Below are positions 22,676 through 34,813 of a stretch of DNA of 64,000 nt, one piece after another; the first letter of the stretch is position 1, and each line of letters starts with the position of its first letter. The stretch lies in the NCBI GenBank assembly GCA_000091205.1, contig AP006491.2; one strand, 5' to 3'. The stretch comes from Cyanidioschyzon merolae. Its lineage: Eukaryota. A program made the translations under genes and the position numbers. Under the pieces are notes generated by a model that was not told where the DNA came from, ran no database searches, and was given only the letters and a program-made list of their open reading frames with translations.

Positions 22676-24370
22676 GGGCAGTGTTCAATGCTTCGCTGAA
22701 GGCACCTGGTGTCCCCACAGTTCAGCTCTGTACCGTATGAGGCTTTGTAAAGACTTGACTCCGATCCACTGTGAAGTGTATTCGGTTGGGTTCCGGGCGC
22801 AGCACTGCGTGGGACGCCGTCCGCGTTTCCAGCTGTGTACGCGTTTCTAGCCACAAGAGCGCTGCTCGCCACGGTAGTGACTCCGGTTAGGCGCGAGGTG
22901 ACAGCACGTGCGCACGTTTGGTGTTATTTGGGCAGAGTTCCCGTCAGCAGGCTGCTGTGCCTTTAGGGCTGGGCCTTCTGGCTGCGCTGCAAACCCAACA
23001 GGAAGCTGAACTGCCGCAGTGCGCTCGAGTACGCCTAGGTCGTTGCGGTGCGCGCCGGCGTGTGCTGCTCGCGCTCAGGGTAGTTGCCGTAGACCGCGCT
23101 GGAAACCAACTAGGCACGCGCCTCGTCGTCCTTCTACTCGCAGGGGCCTCCTACCGCACTGCGCTTCTCGCTCGCGCTGCAGACTCGGGTAGGGTTCCGC
23201 GGCGCCGTGCTCAGAATTCGCACAGGCTATGAAACCTTGGTGCCTGAGAGCACGAACCTGTCTCCAGATGCGGTCGGGGCTCACCGGCTCAACGCGCTGG
23301 TGCTTTCCTCTCTTGTGGGTGCGCGCACGCGTAACTGGTCAATAGTGCTCGCAAGGCGTGTTGGTATGCAGCCCCTTCAAACTCCCCGTTTCACCGGGCA
23401 GAGACTCGGACTCGCTCACGCGTTTATGATCTGCGTACCACGGGCAAAGCGTCGAGTTGCACGCGCACCTAGCGCTCGAAGCTATCTATAAGAAAAGAAT
23501 GTTCACGACACAGCGCGACGCTAACGGCGACGTCCTGCAGCCTGGAGTCGTCTGCGCGCAGCCAGCGGTCATTTGGCGACGGCGGGGCGGGCGACGCGGC
23601 GGCTGCGCGCTGGTGCAGCGCCCTGCTGGTGTCCGTATTGTCGCAGAGCGCAATCGCCGCACCAGCGCAAGGCGCGCGCATCCCAGCGGCAGTGCACGCC
23701 ATCACTCAGGCAGGCAACCTGGCGCATCGTGCAGCGCACCCAGCGGCAGCGCACGTCTGTTGCCCATCCAGCTCGCTGAGCCTGTGAACGGCCAGGCCGC
23801 ATGCCGGACGCTTCGGGCGCGCGCCTCTCGCGATTCGCACGAGCGTTCCGTTTCGACGCGAGACGTCGACACTCGCGTCAGCACACGGTGAATTCCGCGT
23901 ACTGGACAGCATAAGGAGACGCTCGCTCTCGCTTGCTGGAGCCGTGTGCAGCGCACAAGTTGCGCAGCAGAAGAGCTGTCTTGTACAGACCGAGACAATA
24001 TCCGATACGTCGAGCAAGCCACAGAGCTGCCGGAAATACACAACGAGGAAGCAGTGTCGCGAGCTGTTATAGCGCTACACCTGACACGTCGAGCCTCGGG
24101 GGTGCTACGACCTGCACGAGGGCAACGACGGCGCACGGCATAACAAGCACGGGTAGACGGGTGCTGGGCACGTTCGGCTTGCTGCGACGCTGGTAGGAAC
24201 CGAACGGGGTGCTCGTACTCGCACCGCTCGCCACTCAGGGTCGCGATCGACACGAGAAGCGCCCACAGGGGAAACGATGGCACCACGAGCGCTGGACGCA
24301 TCGTCGGTGATCTCGGAACCGCTGACACTGCCGCTGACGGGCCGCGCCGCACGAGACCGGGACGCACTCT

Positions 24371-25531
24371 TTGGAGCAAGCGCGGGCACTGCGCCTAACC
24401 CTGCGCCTGTGTCGAGGCGCAAGCAGCCAGTCGCTGGTGCGGAGAAGCGCCCCGCGGCCCGGCCGACCGTTGAACGGAGCCGCTGATGCGGCCGTTCGCG
24501 GGCTGGAAGTCGCAGGGGAAGCGGCTCCACCTTCCACATTCGCAGCAAGCACCAGTGCGCCGGACGCCGAGCTGTTGCAGAGCCGCCAAACTCAGGTTGA
24601 GCAGCTGCGGCGCCAGGCTACGGACGCTGCGCTGCGGGGGCGTCAGTCATCGCGCCGGGCGCTGCAGCTTGCACGAGAGGCGCGAGCGATAGGCGTCGAC
24701 GTTACCATGAGGCTGGGCGAGCAGGACGAACAGCTGGATCGCGTGCAAAACGATCTGGACGAGATTCACGGCCACCTGACGCACAGCGACGAAATCATTC
24801 ACGACATGCAGAGTTTCTGGAAGAAGATGTGGCCTTGGGCGCGCGATCGGAATCGGCGGCACGAGCGCTACGCCCCGGTGCTGGGGGCAGACGGGCCCTC
24901 GACGTCAGCGACGCGGCACGAGATTGCATGCCTGCAGCGCCAGCGCGAGGCGGGGACACTGAACCTGCGGGAACGGCCGCCAGCTGCTTGCTCGTCTGAG
25001 CGTTCGGCGGATGAAGCGCGAGCAGCTGACGATGCGCAGGTCGGGTCATCGCCAGGGTCGGTACCGGCGCACGCGCTTCTACAGGACGCGGTGGATGGCG
25101 AGGCGGCGTCGCTCGATGGCGACAGCGAGCGTCGGCGGGGTCTGCTCTCGTCGCTGCGGCGCGTAACGCGGCGGGTACGCGGCGTCGACGAGCCCGAGGA
25201 CCGTGTGCGGCGCGAGCGGGCTGCGCTGCTCGCAGAGGGTACCGCTCCGACGGCTGCTGCTGGTGCTGCGGCAGCGTCGCCTGCGGACGCAACCGAATGC
25301 GCGGATGCGTCTGCGCAGGCCTCGGCGGCGCCGTGGGAAGAGCACGTTCAGGCACAGGATCGGGACCTCGACGAGCTGAGCGTTGTGGTGTCGGACCTGC
25401 GGACGCTTGCAGTTGGCATCGGAGAGCAGGTGCGCCACCAGAGCACCAAGATCGACGTGATTTCGAAGGACGTGGACTATGGGCGCGAGCGCATCCACGA
25501 GAATAACCGTCGCATTCGACGCATGCTCTAG
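24371..25531 (+). CDS. SNAP-25-family Qbc SNARE (two SNARE motifs). The start is uncertain because there is no in-frame ATG before the Qb motif.
   Basis: Qb motif LAREARAIGVDVTMRLGEQDEQLDRVQNDLDEIHGHLTHSDEIIHDM parallels SNAP-25 [33 protein letters not shown].... The C-terminal Qc motif is ...DLRTLAVGIGEQVRHQSTKIDVISKDVDYGRERIHENNRRIRRML. A long low-complexity linker separates the two. Confidence 0.65.
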   Translation: MEQARALRLTLRLCRGASSQSLVRRSAPRPGRPLNGAADAAVRGLEVAGEAAPPSTFAASTSAPDAELLQSRQTQVEQLRRQATDAALRGRQSSRRALQLAREARAIGVDVTMRLGEQDEQLDRVQNDLDEIHGHLTHSDEIIHDMQSFWKKMWPWARDRNRRHERYAPVLGADGPSTSATRHEIACLQRQREAGTLNLRERPPAACSSERSADEARAADDAQVGSSPGSVPAHALLQDAVDGEAASLDGDSERRRGLLSSLRRVTRRVRGVDEPEDRVRRERAALLAEGTAPTAAAGAAAASPADATECADASAQASAAPWEEHVQAQDRDLDELSVVVSDLRTLAVGIGEQVRHQSTKIDVISKDVDYGRERIHENNRRIRRML

Positions 25532-28500
25532 AGCTACGGATGTGGCGGCAGCGAATGCCGCCGCCACTGCCGCCGCCGCCGCCTGGACGCACGCACGCAC
25601 GCAGGTGTCTGTTCGTGTGCGCGGTGCGTGCGATCGAGGCCTGTATGTGAGGCCGGCGAGCGCTGCTGTTGTGTTTGACGGGAAGCGCGAAGCGCTGCAT
25701 GCGCGCAGCGCCTCATCGATCTCATCGAACGATGGACAGGCGCGCTTGCGCACTGTACGCCAATGCGGGAGATGGAGGATGAGCGGTGAGGCCAGGAGCG
25801 CCTCGGTGTCTTCGGGGTGCGTCTGGGGTGCAGAGCTGCGAGGCAAGCGGCTGGCGCGTCCAACGCGAGATCGTTGTGTGTCAGTGTCGGGCGTTTCGTG
25901 GCGTGACTTGGCGGTGCTTCAGGGAGTTATCCACGTGCGAGGTATCCGTTGTCGATCGGCGGAGGACGCTGGTTCTGGTTCGCGCTTCTCTCTGTGCGTC
26001 ACTGAGACAGGGGGCGGTACTGCATGGCATCGATATTTAATACCTGGATTGGCTGAATCACTTGAAATGAACTTCTGACCTGGCATTAGTCTGTGCGCCT
26101 CCAGTCCTGTTTGATAGACCATGATTGAATTGGATCCGATGTGAATGGGCAGAAGTGACTGACTCTATGAAGTTAATGATAAGACCTCACCCGCTGATCG
26201 AAGTTTTCGGTCAGTGAACACAGTATCTGTTCTAGCGGGGGGTCTTATGGGTTGAAATATACTCTGAGGAGTGAATTCCGGACCGAATGTAGCAGCACGT
26301 CCTCTTTGATTTTTATGTGTCTCTTTCGCAGGTATCCGACATAAGGAAAGTGTCACGCGGGCTGGAGAAAGGTCGCGGGACGTTTTATGCTGTTACTGCT
26401 AGTTTGCGAGAAAACATTCTTACTTGTCTATATCAGTTATTCAACGCTGAGTAGCTGGATAATCCACTCTTCTCGTCGTCCCTGTTCCGAACGTCGTGCA
26501 CCCAAAACGGTGCTTGACAGACGCGATCTACTCGACCCTATCATCGTCGATCCATTCTACGCCGTAACTTCTCTACGAAATGCGACTAGACAAGCCACAG
26601 GATGGCACGTTGCTGTACGGTCCGTGCGAACAGTAATGAAGTGCCACGGATGGATGAAGAACGAAGCGCGACTCTAGAGGAGAACACTGCGCGTTGAACA
26701 GCACGCCAGCGATTTAGCACGGAAACGCGAACGCGTATGCCGGGATTGACCGATGTTTGTCTCGGTCACCCTCGATGGGAGATTATGATGGGGGTCTATG
26801 TGGTATTCCTCCATATGCGTAATGCAAGACAGGGGCTAACCAGTATCCGTCAAGAAGAGACAAACAGCGTGCATGACAACGACACAAGTCCTACTGGCTT
26901 TGCTATCATCGTGTGGTCACTTCCATATCGCCAAACGGACTAGTCCGTTCAACACCTCGTGCACCATCGAAACAGTGTTTGGCTTCACCGCCTCACGCAT
27001 GCTTTTGTCCTGCTCTTTGACAACGTCGGTTTTCATCGCTCATGAGCGTTCAGGGCGCACACCGCTGGGGCTGCTGTTCAGCTGCGCTTCATACCAGCAT
27101 CGATATCCGGGTTCAAGGCAGTCGAAGGCGTCATCTGTGTTGCGGAGCGTCTTTTGCGGACTGGTGGATCAATAGACGAGTCGTTCGGATCTGTGGCCCC
27201 GTTCTTCGACGAATCTTTCTGTACGAGCCTCACCAGCGCTGAACAGCTCTGCTGCTCGTATGCTGTTGCGCAGCAGGGGGCGGAAAGGCGCGCGTCGGTC
27301 CGCGAGCACACTCGCGACAACGAAGGCGACCACGAGGTGCATAAGGAGAAATAGACGCACACGTCGATAGGAAGTGTGGGCTTCAATTCCGCCGCCCACC
27401 GTGTGCGTATGGACTCTCAGGGAAAAAACGTAGACGAACTGCCGCGAACGCCTGTTTGTTGTCGCACCAAGTTTCGGCGAAGGACAGGATACCAGGGACA
27501 CGGAGGTGAACGGTCCTCCAGAAGAGACGGCGAGCAGGTACCGGAAACAGACACCTCTGGAGCGGAAAGTCGAGTCTGAGCCGAACACCACGGCCGCAGT
27601 ACCGAACACACATCGTTTGGGAGGATCTCCCAGACAGTGCGGTGCAGGGTGCCTTGGCTAGTCGCGTGGCGTCTTTCTAGGATACGGTAGGCCTAGTGTC
27701 TCTCGCTTTGACGCCCCTCGTCAAGCAGTAGTTTGTTGGAGTTCCGGATGCGAGGCTGAGCTGCCAGCGATGCACATTCTGCGGGAATACTTGAATCCAA
27801 CCTTCGTGCGACGACACAGCTGGTACTCGGGACACAAGATGCACTGGGGCCTGATCGTGGAATCCGAGGACACCACAAACGCTTCCCAGCAAATACCCTG
27901 AGGTGTCGCTGCGCCAGTTCGGCGCTCGTGATATCGTCAGCGCAGGAGCAGAAACGTATGAGAAAATTACCGTCTAACGAACCGGAATCGTATGCGAGTC
28001 CGAGTCGAGCGCTGCATGAGGCGCATACTGTGTCCGTTGGGCCCGCTGTAGCTTCGCTTTACGAGTGGCGAAAATTGGGGACGGACACGAGCGGTATTTG
28101 GAGTGCGGCTGGAGACTGCGGACGAGCTGGCGGTGGCGGAAGAAGCCGAAGCTGTAGCGAGTGCGGAAGCGATCTCGCAAGGAGCGCGAGACTCGCTTCA
28201 GAGTGTCGGAGCATATCGAGTTAGTCTTGGCCTCGAGGTTACGGAAGTCGTACCTGGGGGCTGGTTGGAACGTGATGTCTGTCTGCGTTTCATCGTGGGG
28301 TAGAAGGTTTTCCGGAACAAAGCCCTGCAGAGCAAAGCCGACTACCTCATCGAGTGCGAGCGCCCTAGCCGCCTCAAGCATCTATCTGGTGTGATCCGCG
28401 TATCTCAGATCAAGGCGCATGACCGCACCGTAGACGCCCGTAGAGTGTATGACGGCAGGGATGAGCGACCACTGGTCTCTGAAGGCTGTGACGACACATG

Positions 28501-28754
28501 GAAACAGCTTTGCGAAGAGCGTCGGCCGATGTTGTCCAAAGCTTGTGGTTTGCAGGCAGGGCACGGGAAGCAGTTTACGGGGATGATGAAGTCCGACGGA
28601 ACATCAATCTGGGTGCGCTTTGTGAAACCTATAAAACTCTTGAAATTGTTGAAACCCGCGAAACCTAGATCTGTGCCGAGCAGCGATAATAATTCCGAGC
28701 CGTTCGAGGCGGATGAAGAGGACGACTCTGTAGCGGGCTTCGATTCTAGGTCGA

Positions 28755-29872
28755 GGTCGCTCGTAGTCGTTGCGGTATCTCCGAAAAGGAAGCAGACAGC
28801 GCCCAGATTCTGAACGGAAAACGAGTGACGCCGCTTAGTTTTTCCAGAGCTCATAATTCACGGGAGTCAGGTTCCATGGACAAGAGGAGTCATCCCCACA
28901 AATTGAATGACGGCATCAGGACCCGTTTTTGCGTGCCGAGCACCGTGCCGTGCAGAGGCGAATGCTCCGCACGCGGTTTTCAGAGCGTCCATGTGCGTGC
29001 GGACGACACTCAGCAAGCGAGCATGAGCATAATCATAAATATAAATAAGCTTGAGCACGAGCACGAGCACGAGCAAAAGCATGAGCATAATCATAAATAT
29101 AAATAAGCTTGAGCACGAGCTTGAGCTTGCACTGAGGCCGCCAACGATTTCGGTTGAACGGAGGCAAGCAGCGTGCACTCTCCTACTCTTTCACTGACTT
29201 GGCAACGTAACTGACCGATACTTCGCGTCGCGTGGTATGGTGGAGGTCGTGTATTGCGCGGCATGTTCTGTAGCACGCAATGGTTGCCCGCCTGCTCGCT
29301 CGATGGAGGCGCGCAACAAGTGGAGGCACCGATTCTGCTCGATTCTCGTTGATGCGCTCGGGACGGCATGTGTGCACGACGAGCACGAGTACACGCTGGA
29401 AAATATAGAGAGGAAGAGTGTGGAACGTTGATGGGCGCACGAGGTCTTGTGCGGGAAGTTTATCGAACGTCAGATGCCGAGCCAATCGCAGGCGTGATGC
29501 TCGCTATGATGCATCTCCATAAGCAAGGAGGCACGCGAGCACCCTCTGCACCACCGAGACGTCAACGCCTCGAAACAAGTCTGGAAATGTCTCGCGCTTG
29601 GGGACCATCCAACGACTGTGTGCTCGATGGAGCCTCCTGAGGGAGTCACTCTGCGCGCAGTGCGAGATTTGTGGTGAAACGCTGAGGAGCTCTGATGAAC
29701 AAGTCCGTGACCTGGAGAAAGGAGTTTTTTGATTCTCGCCTGGAGCAGAGCAGTGGTATTGAACTGTGCAGGAATGCAGAGAGCTCGGTATACCGCATAT
29801 TCAAGACCGCAACGGGTCTCCTGGGCAATTGTTGAAAGATAATGGTGGTCTGTTTGTCGATATCACAGAGTG
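28755..29872. repeat. Dispersed repeat family B, copy 1 (~1.1 kb). It is a direct repeat of 44915..46196 and contains a 2-unit minisatellite at ~29030..29135.
   Basis: Matching ORFs at +16150 to +16324 offset (28405..28854- N-terminus = 44807..45004-; 29183..29485- = 45507..45809-; 29237..29431+ = 45561..45755+). Boundaries were read from sequence divergence. Confidence 0.85.
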
Positions 29873-30324
29873 TAATGTGAAGGATTCGAGAATCATGAAG
29901 GGTTTCCAAACATTTGGTCTGCATGGTGAGGTAAATTTAGCAGTATAGCTAAAGATCCAGAGGACTCCGCCACGAAAAACCGTCAGGACAGGATAACACC
30001 CCTCGCCGCTTGGGTCGTGGTTTTCTCCACACTTGATAAAAACGTTTGACGTTCTGTATCCTACATGGATCCGACGGGGGATTTCTTCGGAGTCTGTCCA
30101 CCACGGAAGGAGAATAGAAAAATAGAGCCCTCGAACGAAGAACGCATTCGGATGATCATCTCAATCAGTGGAATCAAGTCACAGAGGCAACGGATACAGA
30201 TCGGGCTTCCTCGGCAATCATGTTGCAGTCGCTGCGTACGGAATGCAATGCGCGTTGCAGCGCAGAACTGTTGCTGACGCGCATGGCACGTAGGAAGGAC
30301 CTCTGCGAGAAGCAATGCAAGGCT

Positions 30325-31293
30325 TCATGCCAATTCTTCTTTATCGCGAATCCAGCCCAACGAAGAAAGCAAACCAACGCTCGTAAATAGTCCTTTCCTC
30401 GAAGCACGTCCTCGACGCCCAACCCGCGGCAACACTCTTGTGATCATGTACACCGTGTACCCGACGTAGACTGCTAGACCTGCATAGGCTATAGCGCCGA
30501 AAGAATCCCGCGTTAGCGCTCCTTGGAGTAGCATTCCAACATGAACATTATAAAAGTCAAAGGGTGGTTCAAGCCAGGCTGCACATTGCGGGTCGCTCAG
30601 TAGTTCATTCGGCGCGATGGTAAGGCATCGCAATGTGCTTAGTTGCGTGACAGCACCCGCGAGCGCTAAAATTGTTGCCAAGGGCCTCCATAACAAAAAG
30701 AGGCGCTCTAAAGAGCGTCCCTGGGTTGCGGAGACTCTAATTTCTTCTTCGAGATCACGCCACCAAAATAATGAGATTGGGATCATTACTTGCGCGACAA
30801 GCGCCGTCAAAAAGCCTATTGGCTGTTGCGCGATGTTAAAGAAAACAGTCAGCATGAGCATAGAGCTCGCTTGCCAGTAGCCAACCATAAGTCGACGGAG
30901 CGCTTCATGCGCGTCATCTTGCGTGAAGCTGCCGAAAAAGATCCCCAGAGGCGCCACAACGAAAAGCGGCACGGCTAGCTCGAAGTCCAGCCATACGAGA
31001 GTGCGCAACGCCGCTGGAGTGGCCTCGTTCAGCACAGTCGCAATCACAGGAGCACCTAAGAGAGTTGCTCGCAGAGCACGCCCATTACGTGGGCCTATGC
31101 GTTTCCGCCTGGAATCCGCAGGAGTGTAACGCCAAGCTACAGATCTTCTCACCGGTGACGTGCGTGAGTTACACAAGCAAAGCTTTTGCTGTTTGTGTGC
31201 GCCGTCTGCAAAGCTAAGCTCCTTTCCCTCAAAAGCTTTCTGATAAGTTGCTGCACTAACGAAGAACACTCTTTGAATGAGGCTGTTTGACAT
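30325..31293 (-). CDS. Hypothetical multi-pass membrane protein.
   Basis: ATG at 31293. 322-aa ORF with at least 5 hydrophobic helix-length segments (e.g. LAVPLFVVAPLGIFFGSF, SMLMLTVFFNIAQQPIGFLTALVAQVMIPISLFWW, LATILALAGAVTQL). No family recognised. Confidence 0.35.
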   Translation of the reverse strand: MSNSLIQRVFFVSAATYQKAFEGKELSFADGAHKQQKLCLCNSRTSPVRRSVAWRYTPADSRRKRIGPRNGRALRATLLGAPVIATVLNEATPAALRTLVWLDFELAVPLFVVAPLGIFFGSFTQDDAHEALRRLMVGYWQASSMLMLTVFFNIAQQPIGFLTALVAQVMIPISLFWWRDLEEEIRVSATQGRSLERLFLLWRPLATILALAGAVTQLSTLRCLTIAPNELLSDPQCAAWLEPPFDFYNVHVGMLLQGALTRDSFGAIAYAGLAVYVGYTVYMITRVLPRVGRRGRASRKGLFTSVGLLSSLGWIRDKEELA

Positions 31294-32855
31294 ATACAGC
31301 AGAGCAATCTGAGCTTTCTGTCGCGCAACACAGACAACGTCCTCTCTTTTCTGAAACTATTGCACTACATCAAACACATTGATCACTTGCTGATCCAAAG
31401 GGCCGGTACGGCGCCGTGCCTGCGGCCGTGAAACGCCATCCGCAGGCTGCGTACGCGCAATGTACCGAGTGCAATAGCAGTATGCCGATCCCGTCAGAGA
31501 AGAGGCTTTGCTCGTGATGCATATCGGTCGGGATTCTAGGTGAGTCGCTTCTCGGAAATCGATATGTTCGGAAGACTGGAGTGAGGACTTCCCGAGTGTA
31601 GGCGATCTTCATCGATGGCATGATGGCAACGCGACACGTGCCGATGCAGCGCCCGTATTCATGCCTGCGATACAAGACGGAGGCAGCAGCATGGATTGTA
31701 ATCACAGAGGCACGTGCTGCGTGTAGTTGGAGCTGTGTGAGATGGTTGGCTCAACCCCGGCCGTGAAGCTGCTCCATTTGGATCCCTTCGTTAGAATCTG
31801 CGGGATTAGAAAGATTCTTCATCGCAGTAACGTAAAATAGAGATCGGGAATCGCTGTGTAGCGGATTTTGCAACAACTCGCTTGCTGATTGTACACATAC
31901 TCATCGAGTTCAGATGTATACCTGCGCGGAGAAACGATGCATCCTGGAGTGCTATCGGCGTGCTCACCGCTGGAACCAGGCGCTCTCCGGGCCTGCGCTC
32001 CAGACATGGAATGCCTCCGGGCTCGTTGCCGCTCTCGTTTCTGCAGGGTAGGACGGCATGGGCGCACCGCTCGGAGCCGACGCATCGGAAAGCATGGCCT
32101 GTGTAGATCCCCGATGCACTGGGAACGGATGCGCGCCTCCGGAGGCCTCAGCATTATCAAAAGGAACCCGCACAGAGCAGAAGGTTAATGAAAGTTTCTT
32201 TAAATAAAACATTCCGATTTAATCTTGTTCAGGTCTAGGGTCAAATCGAGCAAGTTTCTGAGCAAACAGGTGCTCGTGAGCGAGCACGGCGCATGCTTTG
32301 CCCCGTGCAAGGCGTATACAGCGCGTGAAGCTGCACTGAAGCCGCGGAGCGATGCAGTGTTCGGCAGGCGCCGTCGCTTCCGATATTTGCAGCGCCACTT
32401 TCGGGTTTATTTTCCATAACGAACCGCTTTACCCTAACTTAAGTGGCATCCGGGCTGATTCACGTCGGATTCAAACCGTGTCCAAGCAGTTGCTTCGGGA
32501 AAACGAGGACTACGGCCCACCGCTCGCTTACGCTAATGGCGGCGTTTCCACGAAAGAAGCATATATTTCTCTGCCTAGCATGCCCTGGGCAGTATCTGCG
32601 CACATTTAACAATCTGAAAAGCTTCGCAGCTACATATCGGCGAGTGATACTCCGCGACACTCGTGCCGGACGACAGCCTCTGTCAACAACCGAGATCGTC
32701 TTCCGTGGATGCAGGATGTGCTCAAAGGCCAAAACTTCAACGATTCTCGGAGAGTGCTCATTGAGACCTGCTCGGGAGACTGAATAAAATGCTCACGGAC
32801 CATGCGAGCGGCCTCTGAGACGCTCGCGATTTCGTCAACCACTTCCATCAGTCGC

Positions 32856-34246
32856 GTCAGGTTCAAAGGGAACAAAAAGCCACTCATTCTAAGACTGAAT
32901 TTCGTTCTTTCCGAGCTTTTTGTCAGATGAGCAGCCTCGACACCCGAAGTGCATCAGTAAGGACACTGCGGATTCATGCAAAGCTTGAGGAGTTTCGGGC
33001 GTGTTTCCGGAGTGACCCCTTCGACGCTCTGCAGCCAGAATTCGTCCGTCATCGGTACCAGGACGATTCGCGACGGCCTCGAAGAAGGACCCCTAAACTA
33101 AGCGACGGCACCATTGAATTCACATGTACGAGACTCCAGGCCGCTCGTTTCCATGCGTTCAGGGTGTCCTACTCACGCATGCCTCGCACGCTCGACCTTT
33201 CTGTTCCAGGGCAACTCGTAGGCACAACAACTCGCGCTCCTTCGTTGACGGGTAAGTAAATCGACTTTATGCGTTGGCGGCATGCTCACAAGATCATGCG
33301 CAAACTTCACCGAAATTCTCGCTTCGAAAAAATGGACTCCGTTCAAACGACACATCCGGCTCTCTTTGGAGCCATCTAGGCATCGGCTTTGCACAGAAGC
33401 AGTTTCCCGTCGACGGGGCATGCTCCCAGAGGCTCCCGGCTCTTGTCATCGGAAACCGGACTCGGACTCGGACTCGGACTTTAGTCATCGCGGAGGTCGC
33501 TTCTGGTACGGTCTGCATCACTGCCTTGGACGAGCGCAGCGGACATAGATCGAATTCTCTGGGCTTGTTCACCAACCGGGATTTCCCTTCCTGGGCTTGT
33601 TCACCATCGACATCATCGCATGGCACAAGTCCACTGTCGACTGGGACAGCGTGCGTCTGCGTGTCCAGCGCGCAGGGCACTTGCCCAGCGCATGACCCAG
33701 AAGAAGCCCGTGATCGTCGAGTGCAGCACCGGTCGCGCAAAAGCATGAGAGCATCGAGGCGAGCGTTCTGTGCACGCTCACGGCATGTATCTGGCGCAGG
33801 AACAAGTGCTCAAGCAACACAGGGCCTCTTGTCTGAAGAGACTGCGTTGTAGTCACGTGGGATCACCTGATGACGGAGACAGGTCACCGCTGCAACAAGG
33901 CGCACAGAGTCTGTATACAACGAGGATGGAAATGGCAAACGCAGCGTAGATCGCAACCTTTGCGTGTGCTCGAAAGACGTCAACAACGAGCCGGAAGCGG
34001 CGAAATCGGGACTTGAGCGCTGCTATCAACATGGTTCGTCTGTCGGCACCTGAGCTGGTGGGAAAAAGATAGACCAGCGCGTTTGAAGCTGGATAGCAGA
34101 GTTAGGAACAGTAAACACGTGCAGAGACATCCTGTAGCGGCTTGTGTTGATGATAGCGAGAAGGGACCCAAACCTGAGCGTGTACTTCTGTGTTAGATAA
34201 GTTGACCCGTTCCGTTCTATTCTGACATAGTTGTAGAGGCTGCCCA
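32856..34246. repeat. Dispersed repeat family A, copy 2.
   Basis: Same evidence as copy 1. Confidence 0.85.
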
Positions 34247-34813
34247 CTTGGTTAATTGGATCATCCAAATTTATTCTCACGGTGATGGAAGCGCATCCAG
34301 GTGTGTGTTCGCAGCCGCGGCTTGACAGGCTTCATTAGGTGCATCCGCGAGTGCCGCATCAGTGTGCTTTGGGGCGCAGCAGCTGGTGGCGCAAAGCGGT
34401 GGAAATTAAACTGCCGCTGTGGATACAGGTATACCGTTCTATACCCCGTTTAGCGGACGCAGGTTGGCTTGCGAGCTTTTGAACTCTTAGTTTGAACAAT
34501 TTGCACGCCCACGGAAATTGGCCTTGTCTACTCTGGGGAACGCGGCTGGTTTTCACGCTGGCTGGTTTTCGTTCAAAGCCCCAGGTAACCTGGCGTGCTG
34601 CACGTTTTCACCTGGCTCACCGAGCGGGAGACGTTTAGCGAGGAGGAGTGCAAACGAGCAGTGTTCGCACCGCTCTGGCAGCGCCATCGTAAAGATTGCT
34701 TTCGGCGGTGAAACTGGGGTTGCGCTCGAGGCGAAGAGCGCTACCTTGTGACCAACTTGTATTCGTTTCTGAGCCAGGTTCACTTGTGGTTGCTCGCGCT
34801 GCAACGGCTACTT

